This document shows, piece by piece, positions 48,563 to 61,353 of a DNA stretch of 64,000 nucleotides. Position 1 is the stretch's first letter, and every line of letters starts with the position of its first letter. The notes below the pieces were generated by a model. The model was given only the letters and a program-made list of their open reading frames with translations, was not told where the DNA came from and did no database searches. The position numbers and the translations under genes were made by a program. Origin of the DNA: Podarcis cretensis (taxonomy: Eukaryota); assembly GCA_951804945.1 (NCBI GenBank), contig OX638154.1, positions 32,364,001 to 32,428,000 on the forward strand, given 5' to 3'.

Positions 48563-51500
48563 GCTTATTGGTTTCTGTGGGATTACAGGGCAGAAACTAG
48601 CTAGTTAGCATTCTCTGCTGGTAGCCTTTCAGAGAATACAGAGCAGGTGACAGATGACTTGACAGCTGTTTCACTTGTCTGGTTGCAAATGTGTGTTCCA
48701 CTTTATATGCCCCATCATACATGCATTTTTAGGTTTGTGTGTAAACTGTTTTAAATGTACATTAAGGTGGTTTGGCTTGTGACAATATCCTTCTTGAAAT
48801 CATATACTACTTGGAAGTAAAATGATACAAGTATAGTCAATAATGTGCTGCAAGGAAGGATGCAGTAAACTTAAAAAAGTAGTGTTGCAATATTAAGGGA
48901 GGTTGGGATGGAGGAAAAGTAGAAATGATATTCAAACTGAACGTTTTTGCATAAACATGTTTGCTATGTGTAGCTGTATGTTTGGGTATGTATAACATAC
49001 TCAGAGAAGACTGGTTTATGTTGGTATTTGCTTCTTTCACCTATAGCCATAATGTCTCATACAAAGGAGTCCTTGGCATTTAAGCTTAGTGTTTTCATCC
49101 AGCGTAGGAGTATTTTAATTGTCAGATTGCACCTCTGTGCTGCACTATCCATAGTTACTCTGGTGAATGATTTTTATGTATTCTTCTAAATATATGACCT
49201 CCTCAGAACACCTTAGCAGGAGTTAATGAAAAATTAATTCAGCCTTCTACTCTACAACTCTACAAGGGGATCCATTTCTACCACTAGTTGCACAGCTTTG
49301 AATCTGGAGCAGGAATAACTAATGCTGTATGTTCTAATTCGAAATCCTTACTGCTAAATAGCAGCAGAAAAATGTAAATGCAGCAGTGATAGGCACAGGG
49401 ATTACTCCTTTAAGCGTAGTAGAAAACTTGTTCTCATGGAGGAGACTGACTAACCAGATGTCACTGGATTTGCACTGGCATAAGCTTAGCCTATATTCGT
49501 GGTTGTTAGATGTATATAGAGTTTGGATAAAGGTACCCATTTAGTAGAACTAGAAAGCAAGAGTATCCTGCTTATGGGAATTATTTGTGGTCTTAACTAT
49601 TGCTGCCAATGTTGCAAAGTTGATTCGGCAGTTGGGCTGTCCCCCAATGTGTTCACGCTACAGTTTTTGATTAAACGTCTGCTACTGTGCCTAAATTCAT
49701 GAAGAGTCTTGGGAATGCTGGGATTTGAAACTGGTCAAACAATAGGCATTTAGAGGATTAATTGTAAAATAAAACCTTCTGAGTCCAAGTCAAGAAGGAG
49801 ATTAAAACAGATTTCAGATTCTTTTCTGAAGGCACAGCTGGGGTTTGTATATGCAGCACAAAGCAGTTTGTTATTTTTTTCAAAAAGTCACACTGTTTTG
49901 CCTGTCAGGCACTTTGGAATCAAGAATATTGCAGGAGAACATTGCCCGTTGTCCATCGTTCATAACTACAATGAGAGATGGAGCATCATTTCCTATTGTA
50001 TCTTCAGCTGTAGTGAGGGAAATGGCCAGATGAGCGATATGCATGGCCAGATGCATTGACTGTGCAGCTAATAAGCTGAACTTTGAAAAGTAATAAACAC
50101 TCAGCTTCCTCTTCAATGTAACCTCTGACAAATTTCCCATATGGAAGGCTAGTTGCATGCTTCTAAACAAAAGTGATCTATATGTTTTACCCGGTCTGTG
50201 AACGAGTGGTCTGTATCTGGAAAGCAGAGAAGCCTGTCATTGAGGTGAAATCTCCCATCACGGTTCCACTGCTTCAGCTTCTTGAATAATACAGGGTATT
50301 GTACTTCTAAAGGTATGAAGTGCCATTTTTGGATGAAAAACTGAAGTCGCTGTGCGAGAATGAGAATAACAGAAAATGAGAGGAGGAAACGGATTTCAGT
50401 TCAGCCATCGTATAAAGTGTTGAATGAGATTAGCAGCATGGATGTGTGTTCTCATCGACACTGCGATGCAGACACCAATGAGCATCCTGAAATCAGAAAC
50501 ATGAAATGTGGATAGCAATGTGCATCCATGTCTTGCTTCCATCTGAATGAGCATTTGCATCAGGTTGCACACACAGCCTGTTCCAAAATTTGTATCTACA
50601 ATATATTGCAAACATGAAATGCTAATAATATTACACTATATAGGCAGGTTGAAGGAGCCCAGTAATAACAGCAGTATTAAAAGTGAAAAAGGCACCCCCC
50701 CACACACACACTAGAAAAGTAGGAATGGGAAAAAAAAGACCTTGTCAAGTGAATTCAAAGACATTATTAAGTAGATAGCTTAAACAGACATGTTTAAGAC
50801 ATGTTTAAAATATAAAGAACACTCACAGGTGAAAATGTAATTCATCAGAGAATTTCTACTTAACTAAAGTACATTTACATTCTACATTTCTACTTAACTA
50901 AAGAACTATTTTGCAGATGAGAGACTCTTAAGTTACATTCATGCCAAAGCTATGAAGGCAATGAAAACATTGCTGAACTAGGTTGTATACTAGCCACAAA
51001 TCTCTTCCCACCCCTTCTAGTTAGCAAATATAATAGTTACCTACCAATATTGTGGTTTGTAAGACCAGCTTTTTAGAAAGTCTGAATAGTTTAGCATTGT
51101 GCTAAACTAGTTTTTGAAAATGAAATTTGAGCAACGTTTGTTTACATGTGCGGCAACAAATCGGAGAATCTAAAATGAGACAGCAACATTGAAAAACGCA
51201 AGTGAAATATGGAATTCAACTTAGTTTATTGTGTGATGATTATATCACTTAAGGAATAAGCCCAGGCTAGGAAATGATAGAAAATAATAGCATTTCTTGA
51301 TCTTAAGTAGTACATTAAGTTCTGGTCAGCTTAACTCAGCTGTAAGAAACTGCAAACTACAGATCAGGGAGTTACTGATCTGGAAAGCTTAGGCGGTAAG
51401 AGTTAAGAAAACTTAGTGGAAAACTTCTTTTAAAAACCCCTTTCATACAATCAAAGTTCCTTAGCATTCAACAAGCTCATGGCAAAGGAAATAAGTGGTT

Positions 51501-51741
51501 CATGACACCATAAACTTGCCGTATTGGCAGTTGGGGGGGGGGAGCGTAGAAAGCCACTAAAGATTCTCATTCCACCCAGAGTAGACCTGTTGAAATAATA
51601 AACATAGCTAACATGCCCATTAATTTCAATGAGTCTACTCTCAGTAAAACTCAAGCCACAATCTATAACTTTAATGAGGTTTGAGAATTAGGAATGGATT
51701 AGTAGGGATTGTAGTATGCAGTGGTCTGGGTAATTGAAAAT

Positions 51742-51950
51742 GATTCCTGCGTTGCAGGGGTTGGACTAGAATCAGTGTTTCCCAACCTTGTGCCTCCAGC
51801 TGTTTTTGAACTACAACTCCCATCATCCCTGACTAGCAAGACCAGTGGCAAGGGATGATGGGAATTGTAGTCCAAAAACAGCTGGAGGCACAAGGTTGGG
51901 AAACACTGGACTAGATGATCCTCAGGTTCCCAACAGTATGATTCTATGAT
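51742..51950 (+). mobile_element. CR1-type 3' tail interrupted by a palindromic hAT MITE (51773-51908)
   Basis: GATTCCTGCGTTGCAGGGGTTGGACTAGA-[CAGTGTTTCCCAACCTTGTGCCTCCAGCTG...CAGCTGGAGGCACAAGGTTGGGAAACACTG]-GACTAGATGATCC...ATTCTATGA. Confidence 0.88.
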
Positions 51951-52057
51951 CGAGAATACATTGGAAGCAGTAAATGATGGTTCAACCAAGTAAGGTTTTT
52001 CATCTTGCAATACCATAATCTGCAGCAATGTACTTGCCGGTAAGTGCTCACATATAA

Positions 52058-52190
52058 AGGATTGCTCAGTTGGTCAGAATGTGGTGCTAATAACACCAAG
52101 GTTGCAGGTTTGCATATTCCTGCATTACAAGGGACTTGGACTGGATGATCCTCGGGGCCATTTCCAACTCTACAATTCTATAATTCTGTG
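52058..52190 (+). mobile_element. tRNA-headed SINE with a CR1-type tail, degraded
   Basis: GCTCAGTTGGTCAGA...TGCTAATAACACCAAGGTTGCAGGTT followed by TTGGACTGGATGATCC...ATTCTATAATTCT. Confidence 0.7.
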
Positions 52191-53446
52191 ACGGGGGGGA
52201 GGGATTAGAATGGTGCAGTTGATTCTTTCTGCAGCGCTAAATGAAGTATGTATGTTGTGGGTAGTGTTTTGGGATAGGTCAGGTGGTGGGATGTGAGATG
52301 CTTCATTTAAGCATCTAAAGCTCACACAGCAAGTCTTTGAATTCTTAAGCTAATCAAAGTGTGGTAGATAACCTCAAATATAGGCATAGCATTATAGCGT
52401 CTGTGGGTAAAGAAAAGGATAGGGGTTTGGGTTATTCACCTAGTTACTTGCCTGCTCTGTTGCCCCATTTCTATAGAATCCACCTTCCTCATAGAAGGGA
52501 ATCACCTGTTGAGTGCAGCAGACTAAATAACACGGCATTGTGTATTGATTCACTGAACAATGCTGCTATCCATATTCTGTGCATATTGTGACCCTGGGGA
52601 TTTGTTTAGAGAGTGCAGTAGAAATCTGTAAATAAATAAAACCATGAATGTAGTGAAACAACAAGTGAACTGCTGCTACATAAATTGATCTTTGAACATT
52701 TTCACTACTGTGCTATTCTCTTGAGCAATTTCTTCCACCGCTTCAATTAAGTACTGTGGTGATCCAATGATGCTGAGATACATGTCACATTATTGCTTAC
52801 TACTGCTTTCCTTTTTTCACATCTGGAAAATGGGTATAAGTATGAAAAATGCATCAAATACAAACCAAAATGCAGAAGGAACATTCTGAACAGTCTGGAT
52901 TAAGCTGATGAACAAAAAGCAAGCAATGCTTCTGACTGAGAAATGCAAAATAATGTCCATCTGTTGAGAATTATTGATAATTATTCCAACTACACAGTTT
53001 TCAATTTTAAATTGACAGGAAAGCGATTTACTAGAATATCAGCAGGCCATTTCTGTGGTCAAAAGTTATTGGAAGCTAAAAAATAGTACAAGTATAAGAT
53101 GTAACACAGTCTCTGACCAAATCATCTTAGCTTTGCCTAATCAAAAACATACGAAAATGAAAATAGAAACAATTTAAGATGAGACCCAAATTCATGATTC
53201 TCTATTGATTCTAAAATATAATTAATTGACCAGACTAATGTGTTGGTAGTGTAGTAGGGAAGATTCGTATGCCCATTCTGAAAGAATGAACTTAACAAAG
53301 AGGCACAAAGAAATGGCTTTTGCTGTATAAATTACATTATAAAGTCTAGTGACACTATTATATTCAAAAGGTCTAGAAAATGGAAATAACATATAACATC
53401 TTATTGGCTCTTTGCCAAGAAGTACCTGAAACCTCATGCATATATG

Positions 53447-53591
53447 CAGTGCATTTTTCTGGGGGTACGCAGGTGTATGCATACCCCTAAACATTTTGTG
53501 AATCTGACCTCATTGGGGGGCAGTATTTCAATATGAGTAGGAAAATGAGAGTACCCCTAAACATTTTTTTATATATAGAAAAAAAGCACTG
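53447..53591. mobile_element. hAT-type MITE
   Basis: CAGTGCATTTTTCT...AGAAAAAAAGCACTG; flanks catatatg/cagatatg match 7/8; internal repeat TACCCCTAAACATTTT. Confidence 0.85.
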
Positions 53592-55619
53592 CAGATATGT
53601 GATCTGACTTAACATTACTAAATGGGAGTAAACAAAAGATATATTGCTCCATGATGGCACTTGGTTCAATTTCCTATCTTCTAGAAAAGAAACTAACCTG
53701 CTATTCAGTCAGGGTTATTATGCATAAAAATCCCTGTTCAAAGGTTTAGGTTAGAAACTCTGGCCCGGGTTTAGACCTTACCTAGTAAGCATTTGTGGAA
53801 ACTAAATCTTGGCACTGTTCAGCTGTAGAAAGGAAATATGGTGAATTCATCGAGGAGTATCAGTCAGACAACTTGGCATATGTGTCACATGCAGAGTTCA
53901 AAGAGTGTAACAAACTAGAGCATTTAACCTTTGATGCAGTCGAATGAGATGAGAGTAGCAAATAGTGTAGATTAGGCTATGTTATGTGATAGCTAGCTGT
54001 TGGTTTCTCTGCCACATTGCACCCTGCTTTCAGGTTTGCCACCCATTGTATATTTTACCTTGTAAATTAGTGTTCTTAGCTCCTTTCTCTTGTAAACTCT
54101 TAGCACCTGTCTGAAATGCAGATTAAGAAACTATTTGGGGTAGATTCATAGTTTAACAGCAGAGAGAAATATGATTATAAAAGGCATCTGTCTCTCATTA
54201 TTGCACCATTTGACTAGTTAGAATGAGCATTTGAAAGAATTTGTTAGCTTGACCACTGTTGAATCCATGGGTGGCATCACTCATTTTGGGTTTAGACCTT
54301 ACCTTACACAGTAATTGTTTACATATTTTTCCTTATTAGACTTTTTCAGTAAAAAGATCAGTATTACTTGTCTGAATACTTGTAAACTAATGAAATAATT
54401 CTTACTGCTTCCAGAACATGTATTCAGACATATGTTTGTGACTCATTCTTCAGCTTTTAATAAGTAAATGCAAACTTTTGAGCTGATTCTCAATCTTACA
54501 AATTGTTGGTGGGCTACCTGTTCATAAACTCTGACATCAAGATAAAAGCAACAAATCTAAAATTTGAGGGTTTAATAGACTCTGAACCTCTAGACTCCAA
54601 AAGAGGTCTCTAAAGCACAAAACCTACAAAACAGTTGAAGTGTTGCAGGAAAAAGCAACTGTATACTACAGCAGTCCTGTTTATCTTCATACTCTTCTGT
54701 GCTAAAGGGGAGGATATTCAGAAAATCATTTGACTTTGAATGCATTTTACAGTTCTAGGGCTTTTTCAGACTGTCTTATTGCACTGTAACTATAACCCAG
54801 TTACAGTTGCATATGTGAGCCAAACATTTTACTGCCATTCTCAGTAATGTGGTGTTTGGGTTTTTAGAAGCTAGCTAATGTACCTTTTGCATTGAATATA
54901 GTTTGGTTGGCAGCCTGTGGCTATAAGTTACACATTTCTCTCCCCATCCATCCATTCTAAGGAAGTTTTTTTACTTTGATTTTTTACTGCTGTACTTCTT
55001 CAGAAGCACTAATGATTGCCAGGCGTTCCCTATTTCCCATTGGCAGGGGTCATCCAACAGCCATTGTAGATGTTCCTGATTTACATTTCCATGAAAAAAG
55101 GCCAGTTTAAGTCTCCCTTTTTGAAATCCATGTTTTCTAGACAAGCAATTGCTTGTGGCGATTAAAGCTTTGGTTTGCTACAAAATTGAAACTTGTTATA
55201 CATCCTAAGTATATGATCCAAAATGTCTGGTCATGCAGTTTGTGTGCACTAAACAATTGTATCTTTTTAGAGACAAAGATCACTTACAGGATCACTTACC
55301 TGAAGGCTAAGGCTGCAGATGACTACAAGGGCTTAGTGGACAATTTTAGTGCAGTGCAAGATGCCATTCCTGTATTCTCATGTCTGTGTCATGTTTCATG
55401 ACTTTCTCGGTCAAATGGAAAGGCAAAATGATACATTACAAGGCCTTTTTCTTGCATTTATAATGCCTAACCTTGGAAATCAGATCTCTACACACACATA
55501 CACACACACCAACATGGAGGTGTTTGTGATACTGATATATAATACTATATATAATATATTTTGGTTGTGTGTTGAAAGCAGTTTGTGGCATAGAAGAGCA
55601 GCATGTGTCACTGTGTGAA

Positions 55620-56420
55620 GACCTGATATAGCCAGGGAAAGATGCAGGTGGCATTCTAACTTTAGCTATGCAAAAGTGCACTTGGCCACCACTGAAACTC
55701 AGGCTTCCAGGTTCAGGGTTGAAGCTAGGAACACACCCAAACTGCAAACCTGTGTCCAAGAGGTCCGCTATCATCTAAGATAGAGTAAGGCCAGGACCAA
55801 CTCTGCTTTGTCTGAGTCAGGCTTCAGTGTATTCACTCTTATCCAGTCTTATAGGTGTCAAAAATGATTCAGAATCTGAACAGCTTTCTTGGATTTAAAT
55901 GGAAAGGAAAGGTAGCATTGAGCATCATCAGCATATTGTTAACACAGAATCTCAAAACCACGGATGCTCTCACACAGTGGTTAGCACTGAGGCAAGATGG
56001 AGTCATGAGGGATTCTATAGCCCAATGGCCAAATCATCAAACAAGAGTCCCCTAGCACCACCTTCTGGAACTGACCCTGCACAAAGGACTAGAACCACCA
56101 TAAATCAGTGCCTCCAAGTCCTATCACAACCAGGCAGTTCACAAAAATAGGATTCCATGGTTGATAATAACAAAAGTCACAGAGAAGTCTGGCAGAACCA
56201 CCAAGGACATGTTCTCCCTGTCCAGTTCCTGGGGTAGATTGTCCACCAAGAGGATCAAAGCTGCCTCCATCCCATAACCAACCTGAAATTGCATTCAAAT
56301 GGCTCTAGATAATCAGTCTTAAATTTAAAAAAATCCTGAAGTTAAGATGCCACCACATGCTTAAGCACCTTTCCCAAGAGTGGAGTATTGGAGACTGGAT
56401 GGAAATCATTTGGTACTGTC
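55620..56420 (-). mobile_element. Highly degraded L2-clade LINE RT fragment
   Basis: DFHPVSNTPLLGKVLKHVVAS (compare YRPVSNLPFLGKVLERVVA) in ORF 56342-56536; boundaries approximate. Confidence 0.6.
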
Positions 56421-57080
56421 TTTATTATTTCATGAAACAAGATGTAACTGATCATTGACCACCCAAAAAAGTTGCACTGGGTGACTGGAATGCAGTGGTA
56501 GCAGAAATGCACTTTCTTTGCTGCCATCTCTGCCATAGAGTAGGTTTTCAGATGGTTTCTACCCTGTATTCATTTGGACTTGCTCAAGTCTTTTGCCAGT
56601 ATTGCTCTAGCTATTGTCCTTCTTTATTACATCACTTCCTGCTCCCCCCCCCACCAAAAAAAGAAAAATCCCAGCGAGAGATCTCATGAGTAATTTTGTC
56701 CACTATTCAGGCCTTTTCCCCTTTTCAAAGGCGGACCAGTGCTTTAACAGGATTGCCTCTTGAAGTGAAAGGCAAGCCTCCAAGAACCATCAGCTGATGG
56801 GCCATTTTAATTGGTGCCTCACACCAGCAGAGGTTTGGAGCCTCAGTAAGCTTAAACCCTACCATGATGATGGGACTGTAGCACTACCACTGAGACTATA
56901 CCTTAGCTCAAGAGTGGAGGTTAATGGGCAGCACGGTACACCAGCAAAACCCATATTCTGTCCTAAATACACACCTTAGATAGACACAATCTAAACGGGA
57001 AGACAGTTCTTGGGCACCTGGGTCAGTGGGTAGAATAATGATAGACCACTGTGACTCCAATTCCTCTCTCCTTCCAAGTC

Positions 57081-57203
57081 TTGCGACTGATGAAGTGAGC
57101 TGTAATCCAAGAAAGCTTGTAACATAATAAATTGGTTAATTTTTAAGATGTCACAAGAATCTTTGTTTTTGCTGCAAATGACTAACATGCCTACCCCTCA
57201 GAT
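57081..57203 (+). mobile_element. Degraded Penelope-like terminal fragment with a decayed hammerhead core
   Basis: CTGATGA-A-GTGAGCTGTAATCCAA-GAAA-GC-TT followed by AATAAATTGGTTAATTTTTAAGATGTCAC, the same layout as the reverse complement of 16568-16674. Confidence 0.65.
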
Positions 57204-59189
57204 ATGTTTGAAATAGAATACTTTTTTCAAGACAGTAATTCTAAACTTAGATTTTAAATGTGATTTAAAAATGTCTTTGTTCGTGCTGCTTGATTTTAGT
57301 TCTCCCTTCCTAGGGCTTTAACAATATACACAGGTCCGGCTATCCGCTAGCCGAAGATTCACTTAGTCACACATAAAGAATTATGCCCAAACCTGCTGTA
57401 CACTTTCCAGATTCACTTATCCAAACAAACAACATCCTTGTTTGTGCTTTGCTGGTTGGTGGTAGCCATTTTCGGGTAGAAACCACAGAAAGAGGGCTGG
57501 GAGGTGGGGCAAGATAGGACAAATCAGAGAGCAAGAGAGAGTGGACAAATCGGGGAGCAGGTGAGATCAGATAAATCCGTTTCCCTCCTTTCTCTTTCTC
57601 TTGCTGATTGGCTGCAGCCATTTCAGGAAGAAACCATGGAGAGAAATGGGGAAAGGAAATCCTACATTAGAAATATTTTCATAGGAAATAGTGTAAATTG
57701 TAGATCTGGTATGTGAATGCTCGCCTAATGAACAATTTCCAGAGAACACATTCCGTTTGTTAAGTGGGACCTGCATAGCAAAGTAGCAAATAACACCACC
57801 ATCCATTGTGTAGTTATAGGATTATGCATTCCTAGAACCACAAATAAGAAGTCAATTTCGTATCGTGTGGAATACAGTGGATGAGGATCTTAGGTCTTGC
57901 TCAAATTAAATACAAGTTCACTTTGCAGAGTAAGCACCTAACAAATTTCCCCACTCCTTTATAAAAACTATAAAAACTTGTTTCTGGCTTGTTCTGTGAC
58001 CTTAGGAGCTATTCCTTCCTTTGAAAAGAATTATTTGCTTCGGAAGTGTAGCATACTTCATATGAATGTACAAAATGGTATCTTACCTTTAAACCTTTTC
58101 CTTTTTTCTAGTGTAATAATATGCCTAGGGGAATATGTTTTGAGGTCTGCATAGATTTAGAGTTAAAGAGAAGCTTATTTATTCATCTTATCAAAGGCAG
58201 CAATTATTTAAAACTGAATGAACATAGTAGCAATTAAAGGAATTGCATAATGTAAAAGAAAGATGACAGAGCTTAACTTTCAGATTGTTGGTGGACAATT
58301 GCAACCATACTGGCCCCGCTTCCAATAACAAATTGCACATTTGCAGAGAAGGTTTTAACCTAGCCACCCTGGTATTCTAGCTTTCTATTTGTAGGGAGTT
58401 TCTCCTTAATTGTGGGGGCGTATTGAGACATTGTCTCAGTTAACATGTAATGCTAAGTCTAATCATGGCTTGGCGCTAAGGTGCGGTTCTTGAGAATAGA
58501 TAGTGTCTGCTTTGCTTGTCCTCACTGGTACTGCTGCTGGGTTACTGTGAGCTAAGCCACAATTTGGCTTAGTGCCTCATCTGAACCTGGACATGTGGTT
58601 TGTCTCACTCCAGACAAATCACAAGCTGTAACCACCAGTGTATTTGCTGAAATGATGCAACATAGGAAGTTGCCGATAGTATTTATGTATTTATTTATGT
58701 TCTGCATTTTACACAAATACATTGCGCTCAAAGTGGTCCATAAAAGACAATTCAAATACAATAGCACAAATAATAACACACTGGATTATACCATTGATCA
58801 TCTACTTTAGTTTGTGAGCAAGAAAGAGAAGATGTATGTTTTCTTTAATAGGAAGAATAAAGTATTCTTTGTTCTTCTAATGCAAGCTTTCATATATTGC
58901 TTCTGTTTGTGTGAATGGTTTTTAATTGTATGTATTCTCTACAGATTCTGTGATCAGACCTTGATCATACAGCATTTATATCAATATAAAATTTAATTGT
59001 ACTTTATGTTCCCTTAATACCATATGCTAATAATTCAGTATGCACTGACAATTGGATTAGAGCTTTCAAAGTGAGTAGTTTCTCTTGTTAGCTTACCTAA
59101 AACTTAGGTCTGACTTGGATAAGTATTCTTACATTATTGCTGTGATCAGTTTCTGAGCTGGCTATGTGTGAGAGCAAGACAGGCAAAAA

Positions 59190-59830
59190 TAGCTTAATTT
59201 ATTTTAGTGCTTACTCTGCACTTTTACATTAGAGGAGCCATGAAACTGGCTTACAAATTTTATTGAAAGGGGACCTTTTAATTTTAAAAAATATATTAAA
59301 AGCATCTAATCACAATAAAACATCTGAAGCAAAATTTAGAACAGATATAACCAAACCGTCTGCCTGGATAGACTTGCCAAAACAGAAAAGTTTTCAATAG
59401 GCATCAAAAGGAGTATAGTGATGGTTCTAGCTTAATGTCAGTAGTGAGCTGTAAAGTATAGGTGCCAAAGGAAGACTCCTTACAAACACAGAAAGGATAT
59501 TGTATGGCGCTAGCAGAAGTGCCTCTTTTGCAGATCAAAGTGAAACTGCACGCATGAGGTATGACAATCCCTTAAGTAATCTGGTTCCAAACAGTTTAGA
59601 ACTTTATATACCAATAAGAACAACTCAGGCTGGTAGTGAACTGGCAGTCAGTGCAGATCTTCAAGCACAGGTGTAATATGCCAACAGACTCCTGTCAGCA
59701 ATCATGCCGCTGCATTTTGCACTAACTGCAGTTTCCAGACAAAAATGGGAAATCCCATATAGAGGACATTGCAGTCGACTAGTCTTGAGGTTACATGCTC
59801 CTAGAGCAATAGTCTTCTGTTGAAAAGGAT
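59190..59830 (-). mobile_element. Degraded L2-clade LINE 3' fragment
   Basis: Minus strand reads WKLQLVQNAAA*LLTGVCWHITPVLEDLH*LP. Confidence 0.8.
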
Positions 59831-59997
59831 GAATGTGGATGAAACAGGCTTTACTCAGCCTGTACCAACACAAAACATGGTATCAGCATTGACCTGCCAG
59901 AAATCTCGCCGGATCCAAGTTGAGCCATTAGGCTTGAGGACCAATACAATAAGGCTACACCATAATTCCACAGTACTCTAACTCAGCATTTCCTGAA

Positions 59998-60560
59998 ACT
60001 CTATAAAGCCCTATATGGCCTAGGACCCTCATACCTACGGGACTGCCTCTCCTGGTACGCCCCCTGGAGGACCTTATGGTCTGCAAATAATAACACCTTG
60101 GACATCCCGGGCCTCGGAGAGATTAGGCTGGCCTTGACCAGGGCCAGGGCCTTTTCGGCCTTGGCCCCGGCCTGGTGGAACACTGTGTCACAAGAAATCA
60201 GGGCCCTGTGGGATCTGACATCTTTCCGCAGGGCCTGCAAGATGGAGTTGTTCTGCCAGGCCTTTGGTCAGGGCTCAGCCTGACTCCCCTTTTCTTTTTG
60301 TATAAGAACTAATATGAAAGAGGCCTCCCAGCATTCTCACAGGCCCATATAAGATAATCGATGAGCACTTACATTTTCTAACCCTAACCCTGCAGAAAGC
60401 CATCTAATTAGATTTTAATTTGATTTTGACATGTTTTTAGGAGGTAATTTAATTATTGTTTGATTTTATACCAACGTTATATATCTGATGTTAGCCACCC
60501 TGAGCCCGACTTCGGCTGGGGAGGGCAGGATATAAATAAAAGTTTATTGTTGTTGTTGTA
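59998..60560 (+). mobile_element. Younger L2-clade LINE 3' fragment
   Basis: YKALYGLGPSYLRDCL...RAFSALAPAWWN...FRRACKMELFCQAFG, then a 3' stem-loop (CCCTGAGCCCGACTTCGGCTGGGGAGGG) and (TTG)n tail. Confidence 0.85.
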
Positions 60561-61194
60561 TGTTGCATCCTGCTTTCTTTTGGGCAGTTGCACCTTCCTG
60601 GGAGTGGTATTGTATTGTTGGATTAAAGAAATTGTGGTGCAAATTTGACATCAGTGAGGCTGCCTATTCTTTTAGCACACTGCCCTTATTCTGCCTGGGC
60701 TGCATTATGTTTATCCCTATTAGCTGAAAACTGGAATTCAGCTGGTGAATTCATCTGTCCCTGGTGAGTTGAGAGAAATGCTCCTCCCATGCTAGCCATG
60801 CAACAAATTCAGAGTAAATACTTCAGACATCTGACAAGTATTGTGTAACCTTAGGCTTATTAAAAATCCTTATCCCCAGGTATATTGTCGTTCCTTCTTG
60901 TGGTACCTTTTCTTATCCGAACCCTAGTCAAGCTATTCTGTATGTAATCAACACCATCTATAAACACTACTGATTTCTGTATCTGAGGCTCCAGGGTTGC
61001 TGTGTTTGTTCTGTCCCATGATTCCCCTATGGAAGATTGTGAGCTGTGGGAGAGAGGAAGGGGATAATTCCAGGGAGACCTGTGGGACTGCCTGAAAAGG
61101 AAACAACACAGGATCAGGAATTGTATCTTTGTGGTTTAGGTGGTATATACAGGAGGGCTTTATTAAAGGACTTGACCAAACCATCAAAGAGGAA

Positions 61195-61353
61195 GGGGTG
61201 TAGCTCATTGGTAGAACATCTGCTTTGCATGCAGAAGGTCTCAGGTACAATCCTGATCATCTCCAGGCATGGCCAGGAATGTTAGTCCTGCTGTCGGTCA
61301 GTGTAGACAGTAAGGCGCTAATTGTCCTGTTTTGGTATATGGCAGCTTCCTAA
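61195..61353 (+). mobile_element. tRNA-Ala-derived SINE, degraded
   Basis: GGGGTGTAGCTCATTGGTAGAACATCTGCTTTGCATGCAGAAGGTC head continuing into a non-tRNA body ending GGCAGCTTCCTA. Confidence 0.75.

Noticed and set aside
49845-50620. Non-repetitive-looking stretch with several short ORFs, as a retrocopy or CPNE1 exon
   Set aside because: No recognisable peptide in the frames examined; it may be a conserved non-coding element, but that needs an alignment
61195-61270. tRNA-Ala(TGC)-like sequence as a functional tRNA gene
   Set aside because: T arm and B box are degenerate (GGTACAATCCTG), and it continues into a SINE body
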